From NCBI GenBank assembly GCA_041736175.1, contig JBGSUI010000010.1, positions 1 to 28,704 of the forward strand: 28,704 nt of DNA, in the 5' to 3' direction. A model generated the notes under the pieces. It was not told where the DNA came from. It searched no databases and saw only the letters and a list, made by a program, of their open reading frames with translations. The DNA is from Oligoflexales bacterium (lineage in GTDB: Bacteria > Bdellovibrionota_B > Oligoflexia > Oligoflexales > CAIYRB01). Of this stretch, positions 8,790-16,680 are shown one piece after another (position 1 is the first letter of the stretch; every line of letters begins with the position of its first letter). A program made the translations under genes and the position numbers.

Positions 8790-8987
8790 TATCAGATTAA
8801 TAAAACATAATTAACCATCTGTATTTATTTATCTAATTAAAAATTATTAAGTGGCATAGTCATGTGGTGGGTCTTCCTTCTCCCTACATGGCAACAAGGC
8901 GTCTACAGAACCAAGGTCATGGGGCCACGGTGGATGAATCGCCACGACCAAGAGGTGTAGGAAATTTAAAAATTACTGCTGTCAGAT

Positions 8988-9088
8988 ATGAGCCAACTGC
9001 TTGGTGAACCCTGGGTAAGAGTTCTAGGTTTCTTCTCCTTCGTTTGGAACCAGAATAACAGGTCGCCTGAGAGAAAGCATTGTGCGAT
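8988..9088. repeat. Direct repeat copy B (contains the intact usp stop codon)
   Basis: Matches 8058-8162 but lacks four of the C residues that form the GGGGGG SD-like run in copy A. Confidence 0.95.
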
Positions 9089-10019
9089 AGGGAACCCTGC
9101 CGATAAAAAACGGCTTGGTATAATAAGCATGATGCCGGCCAAAGATGATCAGCTGCGGATTGACTCGCCCCGCGTAGTCTGCCAGCTGTTCATGAACACC
9201 CCCATTGAGGACTTCGATACTGCAGCGGGCTTTTGAGGCTTCCAGGTAGTCCAGATGTTTCTCGGCCCGTTTAGTGATCTTGTTTTTAAGGTCAAGATTG
9301 ATAGCTTTAAAGACCTCTTGGGCAGACGCTCTTGTGTTAAAGGGAGTGTGGGAGGCTGTAGCAGCGGTGGTCAGACCAGCTTCGAGGCTTTCTTGGGTGA
9401 GCCCGCTCACATGGACGTGCAAGACATCGGTGTTGCGCAAGGCTCCTGCCAAAGTATAGGCAAGGTCGACCGCAGACTCAGACTGGACACCGAGGTCGTC
9501 AGCTAGCAAAAATTTTGATTTAGCGGCAAAAGTATTGCTCAGAATCGTCGAGTCGCTGACCAGGACGGGAACCGGTGACGATACCATAAGGGACAAAGCT
9601 GTCGAGAGTCCCCGCGGGACAAACTTAAGGTTGCTATAGTCGGCACCCACGAGGAGCAGAGCCGTGCTGGTTTCCATCACTTCTTTGATGATCATCTCGA
9701 CGGGCTTACCAGTGACCACTCTTTTGATGACCGAGACGTCGCTTGGGATCATCTGGGCCAGTTCGTCGAGTTTGTTGCGAGCGAGATCCTTAGAGCTGGT
9801 TTCGACGGCCTGGTTCACATTCCAGAGAGGGTCGCTGGTCCCTAAGGCCTTTGAGGTGTGCATCTGTTCGAGCCAAGGTTCGACCACATGGAGGAGGCAA
9901 AGGGTTTTACCGGTCCTTCTGCATAAATCGACCGCTGTTTCGGTCAACACGACCGTATGCCGGTCGAAAGCCACAGCGACCGTAATGACGGGGCATCTGT
10001 TCATAAAAATCTCATTCAT
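9024..10019 (-). CDS. Universal stress protein, two USP domains
   Basis: ITVAVAFD...LLHVVEP...GKPVEMII...PVPVLV, then a second domain LLADDL...LHVH...LIIFGRH...RPVILVP. RBS GAGGAGG. Confidence 0.88.
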   Translation of the reverse strand: MNEIFMNRCPVITVAVAFDRHTVVLTETAVDLCRRTGKTLCLLHVVEPWLEQMHTSKALGTSDPLWNVNQAVETSSKDLARNKLDELAQMIPSDVSVIKRVVTGKPVEMIIKEVMETSTALLLVGADYSNLKFVPRGLSTALSLMVSSPVPVLVSDSTILSNTFAAKSKFLLADDLGVQSESAVDLAYTLAGALRNTDVLHVHVSGLTQESLEAGLTTAATASHTPFNTRASAQEVFKAINLDLKNKITKRAEKHLDYLEASKARCSIEVLNGGVHEQLADYAGRVNPQLIIFGRHHAYYTKPFFIGRVPYRTMLSLRRPVILVPNEGEET

Positions 10020-10084
10020 AACGCACCTCCTCTTGGTATCGGTTGGCGAATCTGGCTCCCTCCGTCAGCTTATACCTAAGACTA

Positions 10085-10100
10085 AGCAAGGAGGATGCCA
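10085..10100 (-). promoter_or_regulatory. Sigma54 promoter for usp 9024-10019
   Basis: Minus strand reads TGGCAT-CCTCC-TTGCT. Confidence 0.7.
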
Positions 10101-10131
10101 CCCCGTCAAGGGGTCTTTTGCGTCATATGGC

Positions 10132-10938
10132 TCAATGACCAGGCACGGTTGGGTTGGCGTAAAAGAGCCTATTGAGGGCCTGGCCGTTAAGGCATCTTAC
10201 GTGGAGAAGATGGCGCCCAGGGTTCAGAGAGGTCGGGAGCAGAACATGCTTTTGATAAGAGACTTCAATATCTTGGCACTCCCCATCAGGGGGCGACATC
10301 ATCGTGATCAGGGGCAGCAAAACCAGGGTAGACCCATGATTGAGAATTTTGAGTTCCCGCCAGGCCATGCAGGAGTTAGTCAGCCTGCCTTCGATGGTAG
10401 CCTGGAGGACACCATTCCCTGGAACGGAAGCGGGGCTGACCCGGACATGGTCGACTGGTGCATAGAGGTCATCGTCAGGATTAGAAGTTAGGGCTTTTTT
10501 GATTTCAAAGACCGAAATCAACGGATGATGGGAGGGTGGCAGATTGGCGTTTCGGCGATACCCATTTTGATTGAGTGTGAGTTCATACTGGCCTTCGGGT
10601 AGAACGCCGAGGTTTACGTCAAGTTGGTAGGGGATCAGAGCCTCGATGCAGGGCCCCTCAAAATACCGGGCCAGGGGAGTGATCTTAACGGTCTTAAGAA
10701 TGGTGTTGATTTGAACATCGGGGGAGGTAAGTCGGTAGCAGCCATTAGGGAGGTAACCATCGATAACAACCTGGGTTTCATCGTTGTCATCAAAGCCCAC
10801 GGGGACAAAAGAATACCGGGCTGGGACAGGTTCGATCATGCCCCCGCCGTCCAAGGAGGCAGCAGGCTTGCCAAAGGAGTGACCACCCACAAACACCAGA
10901 CCCAAGAGGGCCTGGCCCAAAAATCCCTTCAAACCCAT
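10132..10938 (-). CDS. Secreted hypothetical protein with two Cys-containing beta-rich modules
   Basis: Signal peptide. Internal repeat GYLPNGCY...PCIEALIPY versus GRLTNSCM...ECQDIEVSY. RBS AGGAG. Confidence 0.8.
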   Translation of the reverse strand: MGLKGFLGQALLGLVFVGGHSFGKPAASLDGGGMIEPVPARYSFVPVGFDDNDETQVVIDGYLPNGCYRLTSPDVQINTILKTVKITPLARYFEGPCIEALIPYQLDVNLGVLPEGQYELTLNQNGYRRNANLPPSHHPLISVFEIKKALTSNPDDDLYAPVDHVRVSPASVPGNGVLQATIEGRLTNSCMAWRELKILNHGSTLVLLPLITMMSPPDGECQDIEVSYQKHVLLPTSLNPGRHLLHVRCLNGQALNRLFYANPTVPGH

Positions 10939-10970
10939 GGAGTCACTCCTCTAGTGGCGACCGAATCCTT

Positions 10971-11000
10971 AACCTACCAGAACCTACCAGAACCTACCAG
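10971..11000. repeat. Perfect 10-bp tandem repeat x3 (AACCTACCAG)
   Basis: Directly visible, intergenic between 11013 and 10938. Confidence 0.95.
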
Positions 11001-11012
11001 AGACCTCATAGC

Positions 11013-12026
11013 TTACTTATTTGGCGCAGGAAAGGGCAGTTTTGCATAAAGGTCCTTAGTGGGGGGTACCAAAAGGACTGTATTTTGGTTTTGTAGCATG
11101 ACCCGACCTGGGACCCGCCCCACCAGAAAAGGACGCGCCTTGAGGAGGCGATGGCGGCCAAAGCAGACAATATCTGGTTTAAAATCAGCGATCGATTGGG
11201 TCAACTCTTTGTCGACGCTGCCGCTGCGGACATCGTTTTCGATTTTGACGCCTTGGTCTTCGGCTCTGCGCCGCCATGGCAGTCCTTGCTGGCGCAAATG
11301 GGCTAAACGAGCCTCATACTCTTGGACCCAGACGCTATCCGGGGTCGAGTCTTGGGACTCAAGGAAAGGCAGTTTACCCCTTAGGTCGCGCCAAGTATCG
11401 CGCAGCGACTCTCTGAGATCCCCGTGAATATGCACCTGCCTGACTTTTGATCCCTTCACCTGGGAAGCCAGCTCGTAGGCTTTCTGAACCACTTCCCGGG
11501 AGCCTTCGGTCAAGTCATCGGCGATCAGGATTTTGAAAGGCTGCGTGCTAAACGAAAGCTTGGTTTTTCCTAAAACCATGACGGGCAAGGGCGCGTCGTG
11601 GAGCAGGCTAAGGCTAGTGCTAAATCCTATGGGGAAAAACCCATCTGATCCTAGATTGTTAGCCGTCAAAATCAGATTAGCCCGCAAGCGAATCGCCTCA
11701 TTGATGATGGTCCTAACGGGGTCTCCCTCCAGGCATAGTCCTGACGCCACAAAACCACTTTGGGTGCAGCTTCGCACCACGGCATTCATCTGTTCCTCCC
11801 GTTCCCGGGCGACCCTTGCGAGTTCTTCCTGGACGACCAGGGGTAAGGCGACGACGGCTGGGGTTTCGATCGCCATCACGTCATAAACAGGCGGCTCGAT
11901 GGCATGGATAAAATGAATGGCCAGGCCAAACTGTTGACTCAACACTTGGGCACTAGCTACTAAATCAGGTGTCCTTTCGTCGAATCCAACAGCGACTACA
12001 AGTGTACCTTTTACTTTGGTATCCAT
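11013..12026 (-). CDS. Universal stress protein, two USP domains (paralogue of 9024-10019)
   Basis: LVVAVGFD...FIHAIEP...GDPVRTII...PLPVMV and ILIADDL...VCFGRH...PFLVGRVP. Confidence 0.88.
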   Translation of the reverse strand: MDTKVKGTLVVAVGFDERTPDLVASAQVLSQQFGLAIHFIHAIEPPVYDVMAIETPAVVALPLVVQEELARVAREREEQMNAVVRSCTQSGFVASGLCLEGDPVRTIINEAIRLRANLILTANNLGSDGFFPIGFSTSLSLLHDAPLPVMVLGKTKLSFSTQPFKILIADDLTEGSREVVQKAYELASQVKGSKVRQVHIHGDLRESLRDTWRDLRGKLPFLESQDSTPDSVWVQEYEARLAHLRQQGLPWRRRAEDQGVKIENDVRSGSVDKELTQSIADFKPDIVCFGRHRLLKARPFLVGRVPGRVMLQNQNTVLLVPPTKDLYAKLPFPAPNK

Positions 12027-12053
12027 AGGTTTCTACCTCCACAAGTTCTTGTT

Positions 12054-12069
12054 CGCAAACATCGTGCCA
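12054..12069 (-). promoter_or_regulatory. Sigma54 promoter for usp 11013-12026
   Basis: Minus strand reads TGGCAC-GATGT-TTGCG, 28 nt upstream of the ATG. Confidence 0.75.
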
Positions 12070-12202
12070 CTGATGATAGCGGGAGTTGGTACGATGCGCC
12101 TTAATTTTGTGCTAGTGAATTCTACAAACTTGTGTATATTACGGCTCCAGTTAAGACAAACCAAAAGCCGTTCATACAGGCGGCTGACCTTTGGAGAAAA
12201 AA

Positions 12203-12505
12203 ATGAAAGCAGAATTAATCGAACAGGACTTGAGAAAAAAAATTGTTGGTAAGTTCCTACGTGAACGCCGCGTCAAAGCCGGACTGACCCAAATGGAAGT
12301 TGCTCAAGAATTGCGCTACTCTACTGCCCAATTTATCAGCAACTGGGAGCGCGGAATTTCGATGCCCCCCATGGAAACCCTCCCTAAACTCTCAAACATG
12401 ATGAAAATCCCCCCCCGTGATTTCATCGATGTGATGTCCAAGTACCAAGAACAAGTCCTGAAGCTCAATAAAAAAGAACTTTTAGGTTTGTTTAAGACCC
12501 GCTAA
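12203..12505 (+). CDS. XRE-family HTH transcriptional regulator
   Basis: LRERRVKAGLTQMEVAQELRYSTAQFISNWERG. ATG 12203 preceded by GGAG. Confidence 0.92.
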   Translation: MKAELIEQDLRKKIVGKFLRERRVKAGLTQMEVAQELRYSTAQFISNWERGISMPPMETLPKLSNMMKIPPRDFIDVMSKYQEQVLKLNKKELLGLFKTR

Positions 12506-12510
12506 TCAAA

Positions 12511-12549
12511 ATCGGGTTCCCTGATCGGCTTCTCTGATCGGGTTCCCCC
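12511..12549. repeat. Imperfect 13-bp tandem repeat x3 running into a C9 tract
   Basis: ATCGGGTTCCCTG, ATCGGCTTCTCTG, ATCGGGTTCCCCC. Confidence 0.8.
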
Positions 12550-12738
12550 CCCCGCTTTTTCGATCCCAGATTCCCGCTTTTAAATTAAACCACCAAGACT
12601 TTGTTGAGATTTGTATAAGTTGGTTTATGTTTTTATTAAAATTCAAGCCTTCTTTTTTGGTTTAGGCTGAGCATGTTACTATGTTAGTGACGTCCCTAAC
12701 ATGTTTTATCCTTTCTGAAAGTCAACGAGGTATCGGTT

Positions 12739-13650
12739 GTGGGTAGAATCCTTTTGATTGATGATGACCTGGATTTTCTAAGTGTGATGGACCAGGGACT
12801 CAGGCTAAACGGTTTTGACCCGCTGACTTCCCAAGACCCCATGGAAGCCTTGCGGCTGATTACGGAGTTTCCCTTTGATGCGATCCTAACGGACTTAGGG
12901 ATGCCGCGGATGAGCGGTATCCAACTTATATCCTACGTGAAAGCCAGCGAAAGAAACAAAGAAACCCCGGTCTTTGTGATTTCGGGACAGGACCTAAGCT
13001 CGTCGGCCCTTAAGGATCTTGGGGTGGTCCGGGTCCTGTCTAAGCCGTTTTCTTTAGGTGAGTTGGTAGGAAGTCTGAACGCATTCACCGAAAAAAAGCT
13101 TAAAAGCCGTCGGGCTATAGCCTATGCCCCCGAACTGATAGGGATCTTTAAAGATAGCTGCGTCGAGGTGTTAGAGCACTACTGTGGAGCCCGTCTCGAA
13201 CAGAGGACTCCCTTTATCAAGCCAAACAACGATCGTATCCATAGCCACTATGGAATGATGAGTCTGTTTGGCAGACGCCTGTATGGCTCGGTTGCCTTTG
13301 GCTGTGAAGCGAGCTTTCTAGAGCTGATCCTAGGTCGGCTTTTTGTAGGACAAAAGATCCATAGTCAGGGTATTGAGGCGCTGGCCCAGGAGACTTTTCT
13401 GGAGATTTTAAACCAGATGGTAGGCGCCTTTAGAAATAAGATGTCTCCAAAATTAGTCCCGTTCCAGATCGGTCTCCCGGAATATGTCCATCCTGACTAC
13501 AAGACCTTTAAACATAAGGTCTCCGGTCACGTTTTTTGCCTACCCCTCGCAGCGCAGAGTCATACCCTGCAATTGGAGCTGTGTTTAGGCAATCTAGGCA
13601 TGGAGCCGGCAATTGAGAGCACAGATTTTAGTCTTTTTTTAACAGCCTAG
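12739..13650 (+). CDS. Response regulator receiver fused to a CheX/CheC-like phosphatase domain
   Basis: LLIDDD, TDLGMPRMSG, SKPF. C-terminal EILNQMVG (ExxN) followed by IGLP. GTG start with GAGG RBS. Confidence 0.85.
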   Translation: MGRILLIDDDLDFLSVMDQGLRLNGFDPLTSQDPMEALRLITEFPFDAILTDLGMPRMSGIQLISYVKASERNKETPVFVISGQDLSSSALKDLGVVRVLSKPFSLGELVGSLNAFTEKKLKSRRAIAYAPELIGIFKDSCVEVLEHYCGARLEQRTPFIKPNNDRIHSHYGMMSLFGRRLYGSVAFGCEASFLELILGRLFVGQKIHSQGIEALAQETFLEILNQMVGAFRNKMSPKLVPFQIGLPEYVHPDYKTFKHKVSGHVFCLPLAAQSHTLQLELCLGNLGMEPAIESTDFSLFLTA

Positions 13651-14902
13651 CTTTTTTCCAAGAAATGTCTTTTGTCCTGCCATGGACGACGAAAATGCAG
13701 AGGCCAATGGTCGCTAGTCCTCGCAAACCGCTAGAAGTCTTAAAGAGTGCAGCATAGGAGTTTGCTGAGGGTCCGATAAAATCCAGCAGCATGCCGCCGA
13801 CCGTTGATCCTAAAACAGTACACAGACTATGGATGAGAGCATAATAAGTCAGGATCCAAATGCGATCTTTTTGCTCAATTTTTTCGAAGATCAGCAGCGT
13901 CGCCGCCAACTCGTAGGTCACCCAGGCACTGCCCGCTGCGACCTGAAGGCAAAAAAGATAGGAAAGATTTTTGGAGTAAATCCAAAATTGTGGTGCGAGG
14001 CTTACGAAGAGAGACATGATTAAAAGACAACTCAGAGTTCCTATTCTTTTGATAACCAAGCTGCCTATTGGACTAAAGAGAATTTTGCCGAGAAAAGATC
14101 CGGCGATCAGATAAGTATACTCCACATAGGAGACTTGAAGACTGCTGAGCATATAGGGTGAAAAAAAAGGGGAGGCCACGGAGACCCCAAATTGCATCAC
14201 CAGGAGAAAGCCCAAGATCCAGACCCCTTCTAGATTACGCAAGCCTGTAAGACTCTCTTTAAACGGTGGGCGCTTAAATTCCGTAATAGCGGAGGTGCAC
14301 TCGCGGTGTTGGGAGAGAAAAGCTGTCGATATTAGCCTAAAAATACTGGCAAAGATAAAAAGGCCCATAAATCCTATGGCTGCATGGCCTTCGAGATCAA
14401 GATGGTGCAATCCATACCCAGCACACATAAAGGCTACGAGGGCGCAGAGCTGGTTTAGGAGGTTGCGGGTTGCAAAAAATCCCCGGAGCGTCTCCCTTTG
14501 CAGCAAATGACCGATCCAGTAGTTCCAAGCGGGGCCCCCAGCCTGGCCGGCCGCCCAATAGATAACGATCACAAATAGGAGTTGGGCGTGGGTTATGGAG
14601 CCCACATAGGCGGCATAGGCCAAGGGAAGATGGGTCAATGACTGAATCAAAGCACAAAAAACAACCCATTTTTTAACAGATTTAAAAAACCTTATTCCAG
14701 AGGGGCCGAAAAGCTGGAGGACTCCCCCAAAGATCAACGGGACCGTGCTCAAGAGTCCCGCAAAGACATCTCCTAGTCCCATCCAGATCGCAAACGCGGC
14801 GAAATAGGTCTCCCCAAACCCTAGCATCAAGCTATAGGAACAGCCGTCACCATAGCTTTGGTGGCGACTGGACCGTTGTGGATTGATGATGGGAGGGCTC
14901 AT
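13628..14902 (-). CDS. MFS transporter
   Basis: Many hydrophobic helices, with YGDG...GFGETYFAAFA and SPFFSPYML. Start moved to ATG 14902 (AGAGG RBS) to avoid overlap with the ATPase. Confidence 0.88.
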   Translation of the reverse strand: MSPPIINPQRSSRHQSYGDGCSYSLMLGFGETYFAAFAIWMGLGDVFAGLLSTVPLIFGGVLQLFGPSGIRFFKSVKKWVVFCALIQSLTHLPLAYAAYVGSITHAQLLFVIVIYWAAGQAGGPAWNYWIGHLLQRETLRGFFATRNLLNQLCALVAFMCAGYGLHHLDLEGHAAIGFMGLFIFASIFRLISTAFLSQHRECTSAITEFKRPPFKESLTGLRNLEGVWILGFLLVMQFGVSVASPFFSPYMLSSLQVSYVEYTYLIAGSFLGKILFSPIGSLVIKRIGTLSCLLIMSLFVSLAPQFWIYSKNLSYLFCLQVAAGSAWVTYELAATLLIFEKIEQKDRIWILTYYALIHSLCTVLGSTVGGMLLDFIGPSANSYAALFKTSSGLRGLATIGLCIFVVHGRTKDISWKKARLLKKD

Positions 14903-14948
14903 GGGTGGCTTGGCCTCTATACATAAAATATTTTTGCACAACAAACGA

Positions 14949-16451
14949 TCAGAAAAAAGACTCTGCAGACAAAAGACGGGGCCGGAGAAGTTCGATATAC
15001 TTATTGTTCGTGACACCGCTAAGATGAATCAAACAAAAATTGAAGTCACGTTTCCTGCCGCGTTTGGTTTGAATATAGTTCTGCAAGGCGTCTTTGCGTG
15101 CAATCATCTGTTCATAGTCGCTTTTGGTCATCTCATAAGCGTTGGTTTTGAACTTGGCTTCACAGATGGTCACCAAGTGATCAGCGCGATCAAGCAATAA
15201 ATCGATTTGGCACACATCTTTTTGATAGTAGATGTGAGGGGAGACCTCAATGCCCCCGATACCCAATGCGCTCGTCAATTCTCGGACATGTTTGAAGCAA
15301 AGCAGTTCGAAATTGAATCCGCTGAAACTGCGGTATGATGGGGAATCCAGCAATCTAACGAGGCCTTGGAGGGTGGAAACTTCTTGTGACGCGATCCATT
15401 TGTTATAAAACCTGATATATTCATCCTGCAAAAAATAATACACCCCCTTGGCCTTGTTGCAGAACTGGGTGCGTTTATCGAGGATGTCAGATTCATAAAG
15501 ACTGGCCAAGGCATCTAGCAGCTTTTTTGAGGGTTTGGGCGATCTCTTGTCACCCTCCATCAGCTCTTTAATTGTACCAATGGCGAGTCCGCACCTGCTC
15601 TTGGTGAATAAACCGACCAGTTTTTTATAATAAGACGGATCTTTAAAAAGATACGAAAACAAATGATCGTACTCTTTTTCTCCTGAGAGAATGCCGCTGT
15701 TGGCAACGACCAAGTCATGCAGATTTTCGGCCAAGGATTTATCGGCTTCCAGCTTTTCAAGATAATAGGGGATGCCGCCGATGGCCATATACAGTTCAAT
15801 CAGCGAATAATGACTGTAGTCGATACCGCGATGCCCCAGATACTGATGTATTTCCCTTAGATTGAACGGGGAGAGTTTACGCTTGAGGGTCAATCGTTTT
15901 GCCAAGCCTGATTTCGCGTATATGAGGTTGTGCAGCATCCAGGTTGTCGCGCTGCCGGAGAGAAATATCTTGGCACCCCCCGGAATCAGCACATTATTGA
16001 GCAGATGATCAAAAGATCGCAAAAAGTCAAAGTTCTCGTCCTTGACCATACTAAGCCAGGGAAATTCATCAAGGAACAATACAAGCGGTAAGTTCTCTTT
16101 GGCGCATTTTGCGGCAAGACGGGCCAGATAAGGAAATATCTCTGCCGAGGTATGTATCGAAGGGTCGTCGTCCAGGTAGCGGATACAACTAACCCTGAAA
16201 TCCATAATCAACTGGGCTGGCGAAATCGGCTCCTGCTTTTCGTCAAGGCTCCCGGTCAAGCACAGCAGAACACAGCGCCGGTTTTTCGTGTGCTCAGCAA
16301 GGATATTTTCTATGAGATAGGTCTTGCCTACCCGGCGCCTGCCATAGATGGCAACAAGGGAATACTCAGATCGGTTTAGCTGCTGTTTTAACAGCCTCAT
16401 TTCTTCAACTCTACCGATAATGGGACGGGCTGAATGATAGATCTGGCTCAT
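14949..16451 (-). CDS. Archaeal-type (ATPase_2) AAA ATPase with C-terminal DUF234-like PD-(D/E)xK domain
   Basis: IIGRVEE, YGRRRVGKT, LFLDEFPW, GGIPYYL and QIDLLLDRAD...ICEAKF. Confidence 0.9.
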   Translation of the reverse strand: MSQIYHSARPIIGRVEEMRLLKQQLNRSEYSLVAIYGRRRVGKTYLIENILAEHTKNRRCVLLCLTGSLDEKQEPISPAQLIMDFRVSCIRYLDDDPSIHTSAEIFPYLARLAAKCAKENLPLVLFLDEFPWLSMVKDENFDFLRSFDHLLNNVLIPGGAKIFLSGSATTWMLHNLIYAKSGLAKRLTLKRKLSPFNLREIHQYLGHRGIDYSHYSLIELYMAIGGIPYYLEKLEADKSLAENLHDLVVANSGILSGEKEYDHLFSYLFKDPSYYKKLVGLFTKSRCGLAIGTIKELMEGDKRSPKPSKKLLDALASLYESDILDKRTQFCNKAKGVYYFLQDEYIRFYNKWIASQEVSTLQGLVRLLDSPSYRSFSGFNFELLCFKHVRELTSALGIGGIEVSPHIYYQKDVCQIDLLLDRADHLVTICEAKFKTNAYEMTKSDYEQMIARKDALQNYIQTKRGRKRDFNFCLIHLSGVTNNKYIELLRPRLLSAESFF

Positions 16452-16520
16452 GGAATTCACCTTTGCGTTAATCTGATCTTATTGACTTTCAGGACATTTT
16501 AGAACTCCGAAACATAAAAA

Positions 16521-16609
16521 AATGCTATCGTGCAAAATATACATGATAGTATTAATTTTTCAATCATATCTTAAACAACTATCATGTAATAATTTCATGA
16601 TAGTTGTTT
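16521..16609. promoter_or_regulatory. Twin palindromic operator-like sites
   Basis: AATGCTATCGTG-N9-CATGATAGTATT (16521-16553) and the perfect AAACAACTATCATG-N9-CATGATAGTTGTTT (16573-16609). Confidence 0.75.
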
Positions 16610-16680
16610 TTATATAATGTAACAATCTATTTTGAAAGGATGTTTCTATTGATATCTTGTTAGATAACATCAGGCTCAAA

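Larger units (their letters stand above)
8163..8987. mobile_element. 825-bp insert or integrative-element remnant between direct repeats
   Basis: Partly AT-rich segment bounded by ~100-bp repeats that duplicate a gene 3' end. No integrase present. Confidence 0.65.

Noticed and set aside
8952..8978. GAGGTGT...TAAAAATTACT resembles the IS end at 28572-28590
   Set aside because: The blocks are 7 and 11 nt with different spacing in AT-rich DNA. There is no second end or transposase, so chance cannot be excluded.
10036..10043. ACCGATAC sigma28 -10-like box upstream of usp
   Set aside because: No -35 element at the expected spacing. A sigma54 box explains this promoter better.
9664..10491. 275-aa plus-strand ORF and the many other short antisense ORFs in the track
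   Set aside because: Shadows of well-supported opposite-strand genes, with no recognisable motifs.
14903..15016. N-terminal extension of the MFS ORF
   Set aside because: Overlaps the ATPase 3' end. ATG 14902 has a better RBS.
16639..16671. Imperfect hairpin after the SNF2 stop
   Set aside because: AT-rich and bulged with a long loop. Too weak to call a terminator.
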